This document shows positions 9,221-18,297 of a DNA stretch of 64,000 nt, piece after piece. A model generated the notes under the pieces. That model was not told where the DNA came from, ran no database searches, and worked only from the letters and a program-made list of their open reading frames with translations. The position numbers and the translations under genes are program-made. Source of the DNA: Parcubacteria group bacterium RIFCSPLOWO2_01_FULL_48_18 (lineage in GTDB: Bacteria; Patescibacteriota; Minisyncoccia; UBA6257; WO2-01-48-18); assembly GCA_001824435.1 (NCBI GenBank), contig MHXH01000016.1:14970-78969 (forward strand), given 5' to 3'. Numbering within the stretch: the stretch's first letter is position 1; each line of letters starts with the position of its first letter.

Positions 9221-9571
9221 ATGCTTTCCCGCCAACAAGTAACCCAAAAACTTTCCACGCTCCCTCCTGACATTAGAGAATGGCTTATTTCTCCTGAAGT
9301 TGCTTTTTACATACGGAAGTTGGGGCAGGACCTTGAACTGGTCCGCGTCCAGACCGAACGGATTTCCGAGCTGATTTTAAGCGTCGCAGTCGGCGCAATT
9401 ACAGCCACAGAATGCCTAAACACTCTACAGGAAGATCTGGCCTTGAAACCGGAGACCGCCAGAAGGGTGGCAGAGCGGATTTACACCGAAATATTCAGCC
9501 GCATACAAGGCTCGTTGTTAAAACTCGGGGTTGATATACGAGGACTCGTGCGCCCGCAAGGGCCGTCGTAG
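9221..9571 (+). CDS. Hypothetical helical protein
   Basis: 116 aa ORF in operon. Confidence 0.65.
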   Translation: MLSRQQVTQKLSTLPPDIREWLISPEVAFYIRKLGQDLELVRVQTERISELILSVAVGAITATECLNTLQEDLALKPETARRVAERIYTEIFSRIQGSLLKLGVDIRGLVRPQGPS

Positions 9572-9614
9572 AAATTAACTTTACGCTCGGATCTGCCCTC
9601 AACCTAGCCCCCGG

Positions 9615-9980
9615 GTGCGGGCTGCTCCGGCGTTATTAAATTGCATGGACGCCCCCCCAAACGAAAAACCCAAAGACGAACCTGCGCCGTTCATTATAGG
9701 CGTTGGTTTTGCCGCTCCGGCGGCTCCGGCAACAGGAGAAGACTCTTCTGAAAAAAAACCAGAGGGGATCCCCACGGCCGAACCACAGGATAAATCCTTC
9801 GACGCGGCTACTTCGACTACGCTCAGTACGGGCCAGGATAAACCCCACATGCTTTTTACAACCGGAGCTGAAAAAATTAAGCCGATCTCCGAAAGCAGGC
9901 GGCCGTCAATGGGCCCGGTAGTTCTGGAAAAACAGAAGAAGGAAACGCCGAAAGCGAGAATAGAACTTCCGGAAGAGTAG
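9615..9980 (+). CDS. Low-complexity Pro/Glu/Lys-rich hypothetical protein (possibly a detached tail of the upstream gene)
   Basis: ORF track; contains an in-frame REP-like insert at 9786-9844. Confidence 0.4.
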   Translation: MRAAPALLNCMDAPPNEKPKDEPAPFIIGVGFAAPAAPATGEDSSEKKPEGIPTAEPQDKSFDAATSTTLSTGQDKPHMLFTTGAEKIKPISESRRPSMGPVVLEKQKKETPKARIELPEE

Positions 9981-10032
9981 ACCCTAGACCTTAGGCTTTA
10001 GGCTCTAGGCTTTAGGTTTTAGGTTTTAGACG
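9978..10032. repeat. 7-mer tandem array (left arm)
   Basis: TAGACCC TAGACCT TAGGCTT TAGGCTC TAGGCTT TAGGTTT TAGGTTT TAGACG. Confidence 0.85.
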
Positions 10033-10086
10033 TTGCGTTAGACGCGGAAAAATTAGGATGTAATTTCTAAACCTCTAAAAGCCGAC

Positions 10087-10442
10087 ATGCACACTTATAA
10101 AGACCTTATCGTCTGGCAGAAGTCTATAGAACTGGTTACAAAAATATACCTCTTGACAGAAGGCTTTCCAAAAGAAGAAATCTATGGCCTAACGTCGCAA
10201 ATGAGACGCGCTGCCGTATCCATAGCTTCGAATATTGCTGAAGGCAGGCTACGAGGACATCCAAAAGAATTTAAGCAGTTTTTATTAACTGCTTATGTGG
10301 CTCTGGCGGCGAACTAGAAACACAGATTGAAATCGCCAAACGCCTACCCACCACAAGACGCCTCGATTACACAAGAACAGACGCCCTGCTTAGCGAGGTG
10401 ATGAAAATGTTAAATGCGATGATCTCAAGGACTAGCGCCTAA
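10087..10442 (+). pseudogene. Four-helix-bundle protein (23S rRNA IVP/bAvd-like family), frameshifted
   Basis: YKDLIVWQKS...FPKEEIYGLTSQMRRAAVSIASNIAEG; 2 extra nt near 10297 shift the frame before GSGGELETQIEIAKRL...MLNAMISRTSA* (TAA 10440-10442). Confidence 0.85.
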
Positions 10443-10474
10443 CGCCTAGCGCCTAACGGCCTAGCGCCTAAACC
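10432..10474. repeat. 7-mer tandem array (right arm, inverted relative to 9978-10032)
   Basis: CTAGCGC CTAACGC CTAGCGC CTAACGG c CTAGCGC CTAAACC. Confidence 0.85.
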
Positions 10475-11122
10475 ATGCAGTTTCAAATCCCCCAATTCAT
10501 CGAGACGGAAGATAAAATTGTCGGGCCGTTTACGCTCAAGCAGTTTTTATATTTTGCCGGCGCCGGAGGCATCAGTTTCGTCCTTTACTTCACGCTCAAT
10601 TTTTTCTTCTGGTTTATGATCACATTTTTCCTCGCGCTCGTCGCCGTCGGATTGGCATTTGTCAAGATCAACGGCCTGCCGCTCATCAAAATCCTCATGG
10701 CGGCAGTTGGTTTCATGATGAAGCCGCGGCTCTACGTCTGGCAGAGGCGGCTGGAAGGAAAAACCGTCGAGGTTCCCGAAGACGAGGACGAAGAAACGCC
10801 GGAAAAAGAAAAACCAGCCGAAGACGGGCATCGCCCGGCAATAAGCGGCAGCTTGAGTTCATTGGCCGAAAAGTTGAAAACCGGAAGCTCGTACATTCCA
10901 AAAAGAGAACAACCCATGCCGAGCCGGTTTTCGACGTATACCGCGGCCCCGCCAGCCGCCACCGCTCCGGCCCCAAAAACTGACAACCCACACCAACAGG
11001 CTCCGCAGCCAATCGAAAACCCGACAACACAACCTACGCCGCAACAAAACAACCAGTATGTTGAACTAGAACTGCCCAGCGGAGAAATACAAAAAGCGAA
11101 ACGAGTGGACTATGGTGAATAG
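10475..11122 (+). CDS. PrgI family (VirB3-like) protein
   Basis: MQFQIPQFIETEDKIVGPFTLKQFLY, two TM helices, KPRLYVWQR. Confidence 0.85.
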   Translation: MQFQIPQFIETEDKIVGPFTLKQFLYFAGAGGISFVLYFTLNFFFWFMITFFLALVAVGLAFVKINGLPLIKILMAAVGFMMKPRLYVWQRRLEGKTVEVPEDEDEETPEKEKPAEDGHRPAISGSLSSLAEKLKTGSSYIPKREQPMPSRFSTYTAAPPAATAPAPKTDNPHQQAPQPIENPTTQPTPQQNNQYVELELPSGEIQKAKRVDYGE

Positions 11123-11125
11123 ACT

Positions 11126-11151
11126 AAAGTTGAAAGTTGTAAGTTGAAAGG
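11126..11151. repeat. 7-mer array (left arm)
   Basis: TAAAGTT GAAAGTT GTAAGTT GAAAG. Confidence 0.75.
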
Positions 11152-11222
11152 GGTGGATTACAACGAGTAGATTCAAGTTATACGAAGGAGCTAGTTAACC
11201 ATTGATATGATAAAATAAGTAT

Positions 11223-11606
11223 ATGCCGGTAGAAGACCTTGAGGTGTACAAGAAACTTTGCGAACTCGCGCTAGAAATCCATGGAGCTACATTGTCCTTC
11301 CCGCGATTTGAATTGTACGAACTGGGTTCTCAACTAAGACGCTCCTCGAACTCCGCGCCCGCAAACCTCGCTGAAGGCTTCGGTAATAAACACACTAACA
11401 TCTACTTGGAAAGTATCAGCCGGGCGCAAGGAGAAATAAGAGAAACGATACGTCATCTGCGAATGGCCCATCAGAAACAATATATTGTTAAAGAAAAATT
11501 CGAATATTTTATACATGCGTGCCGCGAAAGCTCAAAGATGCTCTACGGACTTGAACGGGGATTAGTACACTCGAAGGCTTTTAAAAATACTACCTTACAA
11601 CTTTAA
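11223..11606 (+). CDS. Four-helix-bundle protein (23S rRNA IVP/bAvd-like family)
   Basis: EDLEVYKK...FPRFELYELGSQLRRSSNSAPANLAEGFG. Confidence 0.9.
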   Translation: MPVEDLEVYKKLCELALEIHGATLSFPRFELYELGSQLRRSSNSAPANLAEGFGNKHTNIYLESISRAQGEIRETIRHLRMAHQKQYIVKEKFEYFIHACRESSKMLYGLERGLVHSKAFKNTTLQL

Positions 11607-11623
11607 TCTTTCAACTTTAATCT
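11594..11623. repeat. 7-mer array (right arm, inverted)
   Basis: CTTACAA CTTTAAT CTTTCAA CTTTAAT CT. Confidence 0.75.
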
Positions 11624-12280
11624 ATGGTCAACGCGAAACCGGCTACTCAACAAATAGTCGAAATAAAAGAAATTAAGGACGATATCGTATATCTCAAGGG
11701 CGGCGGACTGCGCGCCGTGATTATGGTTTCCGGCGTCAATTTCGACCTGAAATCCGAAGAAGAACAGAATATCCTTCTCTACGGCTATCAAAGTTTCCTT
11801 AATTCGCTTGATTACTCGTTCCAAATCGTTGTTCACTCACGGAAGTTAAACATCGACGGCTACTTGGAAATGCTCCGGCAACGCGAGTTGCAGGAGCAAA
11901 ACGAACTCCTCAAGGCGCAAGTCGCCGAATACGTGGAATTCGTAAGCTCGTTCGTACAGATGAACGCCATCATGTCAAAAACATTTTACGCAGTCGTCCC
12001 GTACGACGTCATCCAGGTAGGGTCAAAAACCATTGCCGGCCTCGGAAGCCTTATGGAAGGAGGATCAAGGGCGCCGGTTGCAACAACAAAGGAAGAAGAC
12101 GAAACCGTAAAAATAACCCAGCTCGAACAGCGAGTCGAACAAGTTCTGGGAGGCATCCGCAGAATGGGACTCCGGGCGGTTCGCCTCAATGCGCAGGAGC
12201 TCATTGAGCTCTACTACAATTTGTATAACCCGGAGGAAAAAGAACGGACGCTCGCAATTGCAAAAGATATGACTACATAG
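11624..12280 (+). CDS. T4SS VirB4/TraC N-terminal-like partner protein
   Basis: ATQQIVEIKEI...VSGVNFDLKSEEEQ...FLNSLDYSFQIVVHSRKLNIDGYL, directly upstream of the VirB4-like ATPase. Confidence 0.75.
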   Translation: MVNAKPATQQIVEIKEIKDDIVYLKGGGLRAVIMVSGVNFDLKSEEEQNILLYGYQSFLNSLDYSFQIVVHSRKLNIDGYLEMLRQRELQEQNELLKAQVAEYVEFVSSFVQMNAIMSKTFYAVVPYDVIQVGSKTIAGLGSLMEGGSRAPVATTKEEDETVKITQLEQRVEQVLGGIRRMGLRAVRLNAQELIELYYNLYNPEEKERTLAIAKDMTT

Positions 12281-12288
12281 TCGTATAC

Positions 12289-12370
12289 AGCTTGTAGCTG
12301 GTAGCCGGTAGCTTCTTAATCGTGGTTTAACTTATTACCAAAAAGCTACAAGCTAAAAAGCTACAAGCTA
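12289..12370. repeat. Empty inverted 7-mer array pair
   Basis: AGCTTGT AGCTGGT AGCCGGT AGCTTCT ... AAAAGCT ACAAGCT AAAAAGCT ACAAGCT. Confidence 0.8.
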
Positions 12371-12373
12371 ATC

Positions 12374-14188
12374 ATGGGTTTCATCAATCCGTTTGGCGCG
12401 TCGTCGCCAAAACAAAAAATCGCTGTTCCTACCGCATACGAGATGGGCGGTAAGGACATCAAGGACATAATTTCTCCGCCGGCGCTTGAAATCGAGTCGA
12501 ACTTCCTCAAGCTCGGCAAGAAATTCGTCAAGAGCTACTTCGTATTCACCTATCCCCGCTTTCTTGTCAGCGGCTGGTTTTCTCCGATCATCAACATGGA
12601 CAAGGCGATGGATATCGCCATTTTCGTCCATCCAATCGAAACCGCAACAGCGCTGAAAAAGCTCCGCAGAAAAACCGCTCAAGTCCAAGCGCAGCTCGCC
12701 GAGCGGGAAGAAAAAGGATACGTATCCGACCCGGCGCTCGAAACCGCCTACCAGGACATCGAATCGCTCCGCCAATCGCTCCAGCAATCAACGGAACGCC
12801 TCTTCAATGCAGGGCTGTACTTCACCCTCTACGGAGACACGCTTGAAGAAATAAACGCCGTGGAGTCAAAGATCGTTTCAATCCTCGAGGGCCAGATCGT
12901 GTACACCAAGCCGTGTCTCTTCCAACAGTATGAAGGATTCGTATCAACGCTACCGCTCGGACACGACAAAATACTCATACACACCCCGCTTAATTCCGGA
13001 CCCATTTCTTCGTTCTTCCCGTTCGTTTCTTCTGACCTTACGTCAGACAAGGGTATTCTCTACGGCATCAACCGCCACAACAACAGCCTCGTCATATTTG
13101 ACAGGTTTTCAATGGAAAACGCGAACCAGGTCCTGTTCGCCAAGTCCGGTTCCGGGAAATCCTATACCACTAAGCTCGAAATCCTGCGCTATCTTATGCT
13201 CGGCACCGACATCCTCATCATCGATCCGGAAAACGAGTATCAGAATCTTTCGGACACCGTAGGCGGCGCGTTCTTCAAAATATCCCTGACATCCGATTAC
13301 CACATCAACCCATTCGACATCCCGAAAATTCCGAAAGGAGAAGACCCGGGAGACGTCTTGCGTTCGCATATCGTCAATCTCTCCGGCCTCCTCAAACTAA
13401 TGCTCGGTGGCGTAACGCCCGAGGAAGACGCCGTGTTAGATCGGGCTATCACCGAAACCTACGCCTCACGCGACATCACGCCTGACGCCGACTTTTCGGG
13501 GAAAACGCCGCCGCTCATGCAAGATCTCCAAACCGTGCTTGAAAACATGGAAGGCGCAAAAGACGTTGCCGCAAAATTGGAAAAATATACCAAAGGAACG
13601 TACAGCACGTTCATCAACCAACCGACGAACATCGACGTCAAAAACCGGCTTATCGTATTCAGCTTGCGCGACCTGGAGGACCAGTTGCGGCCGATGGCGA
13701 TGTACATCGTGCTCAATTTCATCTGGGGACTTATCCGCGCAGAGCTTAAACGCCGCCTCCTCATTATCGACGAGGCGTGGTGGATGATGAAAAGCGAAGA
13801 CAGCGCGTCATTTCTCTTCGGCCTGGCCAAGCGCGCGCGGAAATATTACATGGGGGTAAGCACCATCACGCAAGACGTGGAGGACTTTCTAAAGTCACCG
13901 TACGGAAAACCGATCATCACCAACTCGGCAATTCAGATCCTCCTCAAACAGGCGCCTTCTTCTATCGACGCGGTGGCCAAAACATTTAACCTCACCGAAG
14001 CAGAAAAACAACTATTGCTTGAAAGCGGAGTGGGGGAAGGATTGTTTTTTGCCGGACTCAAGCACGCAGCCATCAAGGTCATCGCTTCCTACACCGAAGA
14101 TCAAATCGTCACCACCAACCCGCAACAAATCATGGAGCAACAAAAGCTGTCGGAGCAAATAGAAAAAATGAAGGAAAAAACAAACTAA
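12374..14188 (+). CDS. virB4: VirB4-like type IV secretion ATPase
   Basis: Walker A AKSGSGKS, IIDPENEY, Walker B LIIDEAW, ARKYYMGVSTITQ. Confidence 0.9.
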   Translation: MGFINPFGASSPKQKIAVPTAYEMGGKDIKDIISPPALEIESNFLKLGKKFVKSYFVFTYPRFLVSGWFSPIINMDKAMDIAIFVHPIETATALKKLRRKTAQVQAQLAEREEKGYVSDPALETAYQDIESLRQSLQQSTERLFNAGLYFTLYGDTLEEINAVESKIVSILEGQIVYTKPCLFQQYEGFVSTLPLGHDKILIHTPLNSGPISSFFPFVSSDLTSDKGILYGINRHNNSLVIFDRFSMENANQVLFAKSGSGKSYTTKLEILRYLMLGTDILIIDPENEYQNLSDTVGGAFFKISLTSDYHINPFDIPKIPKGEDPGDVLRSHIVNLSGLLKLMLGGVTPEEDAVLDRAITETYASRDITPDADFSGKTPPLMQDLQTVLENMEGAKDVAAKLEKYTKGTYSTFINQPTNIDVKNRLIVFSLRDLEDQLRPMAMYIVLNFIWGLIRAELKRRLLIIDEAWWMMKSEDSASFLFGLAKRARKYYMGVSTITQDVEDFLKSPYGKPIITNSAIQILLKQAPSSIDAVAKTFNLTEAEKQLLLESGVGEGLFFAGLKHAAIKVIASYTEDQIVTTNPQQIMEQQKLSEQIEKMKEKTN

Positions 14189-14191
14189 TCC

Positions 14192-14731
14192 ATGGCCGAA
14201 ACAACCCTGGAACAAAATTATATTGACACAGAGGGGGCGGAGGGGGCTGGGGCATCGGACGATATCCCCCAAGACGAGGAGGGAGGCTCGGCGGGAAACG
14301 AAGCTCAAGCCGCCCGAATGCCGTTTGGATTTGCCGAAACCCTGATAGTCGCTCTTTTTCTTACTATTATCCCCGACATACTAGACCTTGTAAGCACCGC
14401 CGCCCTTGCCACGGTCATCGCAGCGATCATCACATTTGCCCTTGTTATTGTGGACTTCCTGACTGGCATGGGAATGAATATTTATCTTATAATGAAGTTG
14501 GGCGGGCTGAAAGCACGGGTCGCGAAAACGCTTGCCAAAAAGCTGGTTCCATGGATAGTAGCTTGGATTATTGACATGTTCGTTTCCGGAGTAGAGGTAC
14601 TTCCCCTAAGAACGATTACATTTCTCGTAATAGCGGTTCTCTCGAATCTTGAGGCTAAGACAGGGATCGGGCAGAGAGCATTAACCGCGCAAGGAATTAA
14701 AACTTTCCGCGCAAAGGGAATCAAGCCGTAA
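14192..14731 (+). CDS. Hypothetical membrane protein
   Basis: 179 aa ORF, acidic N-terminus plus several TM helices. Confidence 0.7.
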   Translation: MAETTLEQNYIDTEGAEGAGASDDIPQDEEGGSAGNEAQAARMPFGFAETLIVALFLTIIPDILDLVSTAALATVIAAIITFALVIVDFLTGMGMNIYLIMKLGGLKARVAKTLAKKLVPWIVAWIIDMFVSGVEVLPLRTITFLVIAVLSNLEAKTGIGQRALTAQGIKTFRAKGIKP

Positions 14732-14784
14732 CGCATCGAAGGAAAAGGGGCGTATCGGTCATAAAATTACACGCTATTACATTT

Positions 14785-15477
14785 ATGAAGATCGGGGTCC
14801 TTTCGATAAAATACATTTTGCCGATTGGTCTTGCGCTGGCGCTATTTTCAATTGCCATGGCCCAAGCAAATGAACCAGTGCTTATCCTATCGTGGTCTGC
14901 CGATACGAACGTACCGTCCGGCTATGAAGGAAAGACCCTGCCTGTCTTGGATTCCACGATCACCGCATCCGCAGATCTCATAGAAAGAGATAAATTCCTG
15001 GACCTCAGCAGCGCCGAATTTATATGGTCTGTGGATGGCGACGCCTACGGCATCCGGCTCGGCGCACAAACGTTTTCCTTTCCGGTCCGCCAGGCGCGTG
15101 GCGCGAACCATTGGGTACGCCTTGAAATGACGCTGCGCGGCCAGGCATACGAACAAGACCTCTTTATACCGATCAGCTCGCCGCAGCTCGTCATCGCCGC
15201 GCAAACCCCGGACTCCTTGCTTCGCGCGGGCAAGAATACGTTAAACGCCCTTGCTTATTTCTTTTCTGTCGACTCCAAAGAAAGAGATCTCGCCTTTTCG
15301 TGGCAAGTGGACGGCGAAAACGTGCCGGTTGCCGATAACGAGAAACAGGATGAGTTAATTTTGGAGATACCCGAGGGCGCTGAATCCGGATCGGAAATTG
15401 CGATATCCGTTTCCGGACAGAGCGGACTCAATGCTCTCGAATTTGCATCCGGAGACATCGTGATGAGAATTAAATGA
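14785..15477 (+). CDS. Secreted Ig-like beta-sandwich hypothetical protein
   Basis: Signal peptide; WSADTNVPSGYEGK motif; two W-x-V-D-G repeats. Confidence 0.7.
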   Translation: MKIGVLSIKYILPIGLALALFSIAMAQANEPVLILSWSADTNVPSGYEGKTLPVLDSTITASADLIERDKFLDLSSAEFIWSVDGDAYGIRLGAQTFSFPVRQARGANHWVRLEMTLRGQAYEQDLFIPISSPQLVIAAQTPDSLLRAGKNTLNALAYFFSVDSKERDLAFSWQVDGENVPVADNEKQDELILEIPEGAESGSEIAISVSGQSGLNALEFASGDIVMRIK

Positions 15478-15524
15478 TTCGTCCTCCGGCTTCCTGTGGC
15501 AAACCGGCTGACGGATGGAAAAAC

Positions 15525-15914
15525 ATGAAACTTTTCTTTTTAAAATACTCTACGGCGGCTGGCGCGTTTCTTTCTCTCATGCTGTTTATTTTATGGACGG
15601 CCTCGGCAGAAGCGGTAGCATTTAAGATCGGGTACACATCCGGAGAGATTGATACCTTGGTAAAAAGCGGCGGGGGCTTCGCCGGCTACATAAATAATCT
15701 GTTCCGGTTCGGCCTTAGTGCGGTCGGCATAACAGCTTTCGCCACGATCCTCCTCGGCGCCATAGAATACACGGCTTCCGCGGGAAACAGTTCGCGCCAG
15801 CAGGACGCGAAAGACAGAATTCAAAGCGCCATCTACGGAGTCGTCCTTCTTCTTTTCTCCTATATCCTGCTTAGCACCATCAATCCCAAGATCGTAGAAC
15901 TTAAGCCCCTCTGA
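15525..15914 (+). CDS. VirB2/TrbC-like pilin
   Basis: YINNLFRFGL...GAIEYTASAGNSSRQQDAKDRIQSAIYGVVLLLFSYILLSTINP, typical CPR T4SS pilin. Confidence 0.8.
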   Translation: MKLFFLKYSTAAGAFLSLMLFILWTASAEAVAFKIGYTSGEIDTLVKSGGGFAGYINNLFRFGLSAVGITAFATILLGAIEYTASAGNSSRQQDAKDRIQSAIYGVVLLLFSYILLSTINPKIVELKPL

Positions 15915-15944
15915 GGCTATGGTTCGCACCCCAAGAATCAAACC

Positions 15945-17042
15945 ATGAAAAAAGTTATTGTTATATTCATCTTAGTACTCATGCTCGCTGCCGCTGTCGG
16001 CGCCATGATTATATTGAGTAAGCGATCGGCGCAGGTCATTACGCAAGAGCGCGCCGTGGAAGAACAGAAAAAAACCGAAGAGCAGAAAAAGCAGGATCCA
16101 CTCAAACGACTTTCCGGCCAGCCGGCACTCGGTTTTTGGTTCTCGCAGGACACGCTATATTACCTCAACGGCGCCGGACAGATTTATTCCGTTAACATCC
16201 AGAACGGCGAGGAAAAGCAAGTCTCTTCCTACGCGATAGAAAACGTGCGAGCCATCACGCCCTCTGCGAAAGGGGATGGAGCGCTCATAACCTTTTCCGA
16301 CCGCGGAGAAAATCTGGTAAGCATGTATCGCGTCGCGGAAAATTCCTGGACGCCGCTCGACAAGAATATACGGTCTGCCGCATGGTCTCCTGACGGCCAA
16401 TGGCTGGCGCAATTACGGGAAACGTTCGGCGGTGTGCTCGTCCTTGAGCTTGTCAAGCTCTCCGGCGGAGAAAGAACCGAGCTCGCCCGCCTATCCATGC
16501 GCGACGCGCGCCTTACCTGGATCGGCGGACAACAACTCATTGTCTCGTCTCCTCCTTCGAAAGATTTTCCGGCCCCTGCGCTCACAATCAACGTCCTAAC
16601 AAAGACCGTCTCGCCGCTCGCGCTTGAAAAACCGGGGCTTTCATTCGCATGGTCAGCGTCAGGTAAACAAGCTCTCGCGTTCTGGGTCGATGACAACGGC
16701 AAAAATCAAACTGCGCTTGTCAATGATTCGGGAGTCGTCCTCAAAAATTTCCAGACGCCACTCCTACCGCACAAATGCGCGTTCAGCGGAGAACAACAGC
16801 TGTACTGCGGCGTGCCGGCAAATGTAAACCTTGCCACCGTGGCCGATTTACCCGATGCATACCTTATGCAAAAGGTTCGTCTTGTGGATCACGTAGCACT
16901 CGTCGACGCACAAACGTCACGTCTCAAGATTATCTTCTCTCGTCAAGAACCCTCGCTCGATATTTACAAACCTCACGTACACGACAACAAACTTTTCTTC
17001 ATCAACCGCTACGATGGCGCCATCTACTCGTTGGAGTTGTAA
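15945..17042 (+). CDS. Membrane-anchored beta-propeller (TolB-like) protein
   Basis: N-terminal TM helix, AWSPDG repeat, C-terminal LFFINRYDGAIYSL. Confidence 0.75.
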   Translation: MKKVIVIFILVLMLAAAVGAMIILSKRSAQVITQERAVEEQKKTEEQKKQDPLKRLSGQPALGFWFSQDTLYYLNGAGQIYSVNIQNGEEKQVSSYAIENVRAITPSAKGDGALITFSDRGENLVSMYRVAENSWTPLDKNIRSAAWSPDGQWLAQLRETFGGVLVLELVKLSGGERTELARLSMRDARLTWIGGQQLIVSSPPSKDFPAPALTINVLTKTVSPLALEKPGLSFAWSASGKQALAFWVDDNGKNQTALVNDSGVVLKNFQTPLLPHKCAFSGEQQLYCGVPANVNLATVADLPDAYLMQKVRLVDHVALVDAQTSRLKIIFSRQEPSLDIYKPHVHDNKLFFINRYDGAIYSLEL

Positions 17043-17127
17043 GTTGCAAGTCGACAGCGGAAAGTTAAAAACCGGACGCAGGAACCGGTTTTTTAATCTT
17101 TCAGCTCACAACTTTAATCTTTAATCC
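17036..17127. repeat. Empty inverted 7-mer array pair enclosing a bidirectional terminator
   Basis: GTTGTAA GTTGCAA GTCGACA GCGGAAA GTT ... AAAAACCGG/CCGGTTTTT hairpin ... TTTAATC TTTCAGC TCACAAC TTTAATC TTTAATC; same unit family as 11126 and 11594. Confidence 0.7.
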
Positions 17128-17132
17128 GATCG

Positions 17133-17576
17133 CTAGTCGAACGGCCTCACCACCACGTGTCGATCTATTCCCTCTCCCTCGCTTGCGGTAACAACGTCCG
17201 GCCGCGTCGCCAACTCAACGTGCACCAAGCGCCTCTCATACGCATTCATGGGCGGCAACGCAACTTCTTTTTTTGTCAGCCCAACCTTGCGGGCGGCGAC
17301 TTTCGCAAGCTCCAAAATAAGTTTCTCGCGGTCGCTGCGATAATTGTTGATATCGACAAAAACGGGCACGACGCCCTGCTTGCGGGCTATCTGCTTAATC
17401 ACAAATTCAAGCGCGTCTTTGAGTTCATCCTTGAGAAAAATGGGCTTGCCGACGGCATCATTAATGTATACGGCAAGCCTCTTCTTCTCGCTGTAGTATT
17501 CAACGACCGGCTCCAAGTATCCCATCAGGCGTATGAGCGTGACCGTTGTTTGTTTTAACGATTCGTTGGGTTCCAT
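17133..17576 (-). CDS. jag: Jag/EloR-like R3H RNA-binding protein
   Basis: VDINNYR, LPPMNAYERRLVH, SEGEG; downstream of yidC. Confidence 0.85.
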   Translation of the reverse strand: MEPNESLKQTTVTLIRLMGYLEPVVEYYSEKKRLAVYINDAVGKPIFLKDELKDALEFVIKQIARKQGVVPVFVDINNYRSDREKLILELAKVAARKVGLTKKEVALPPMNAYERRLVHVELATRPDVVTASEGEGIDRHVVVRPFD

Positions 17577-18292
17577 GTTTTTAGGCTTCTATTAATAACG
17601 ATTTGTTGAATTATACTAAAAATGGTCGTTGTCAGCCAGTACAGGCCGATCGCGGACGGGAGTCCCCATAAGATAAAAATGGTAACTGCCGGCATAGTAT
17701 ACACCATCTGCTTTCCCATATTTGCCATAGGGTTTTTACTTCCCTCGGTCGCCTGCTGTGGCGGCGAAGCCGCCTTAGCCAAGCTCAATTTCCCCTGAAC
17801 AAACTGAGCGGCGGCCGCCACAACGGCAATCGGTATACTCCGCCGCGCAAGATCAACGACGCTTAAAAAGTAATGGTTGATCGGTGCAGATATCCCCGGC
17901 ATAAAACTATATAAATCGCCGTAAGCGGTTTCCGAAAGGCCAACATTAAATACTTTCCACAGCGCGATAAAGACAGGGATTTGGACCGCGAGCAGCATCA
18001 GTCCGCTGAGCGGATTCACCTTATGCTCTCGATAGAGCGCCATCATCAGCTCTGCCTGCCGCGCCTTGTCGCGCTTATGGTCCTCTTGTATCTTTTTCAG
18101 CTGCGGTTGAATCCGCGACATAACCGCCTGCGCATGGGCGCCTTTGTGGAACAAGGGCCACAGCACCACGCGAATAATGATGGTTAAGAGGATGACTGCA
18201 AGTCCCATGTCTTGAAACGTCACTTTGTCATACAAAAAAATGAGCGCGTTCAAGAGCGGTCGGTATAAAATGGCATGGAATAATTCTCCCAT
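17555..18292 (-). CDS. yidC: Membrane protein insertase YidC
   Basis: GLAVILLTIIIRVVLWPL, QPQLKKIQ, LYREHKVNP, LPSAIGLYW; start at MGELF (18292). Confidence 0.92.
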   Translation of the reverse strand: MGELFHAILYRPLLNALIFLYDKVTFQDMGLAVILLTIIIRVVLWPLFHKGAHAQAVMSRIQPQLKKIQEDHKRDKARQAELMMALYREHKVNPLSGLMLLAVQIPVFIALWKVFNVGLSETAYGDLYSFMPGISAPINHYFLSVVDLARRSIPIAVVAAAAQFVQGKLSLAKAASPPQQATEGSKNPMANMGKQMVYTMPAVTIFILWGLPSAIGLYWLTTTIFSIIQQIVINRSLKTWNPTNR

Positions 18293-18297
18293 CGAAA

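Noticed and set aside
10087-11606. Diversity-generating retroelement or 23S rRNA intervening sequence suggested by Avd/IVP-like genes
   Set aside because: No reverse transcriptase, no TR/VR pair and no rRNA found in the window.
4734-17042. Integrative conjugative element
   Set aside because: No relaxase, integrase or att boundaries seen; location and content fit the resident CPR T4SS-like locus.
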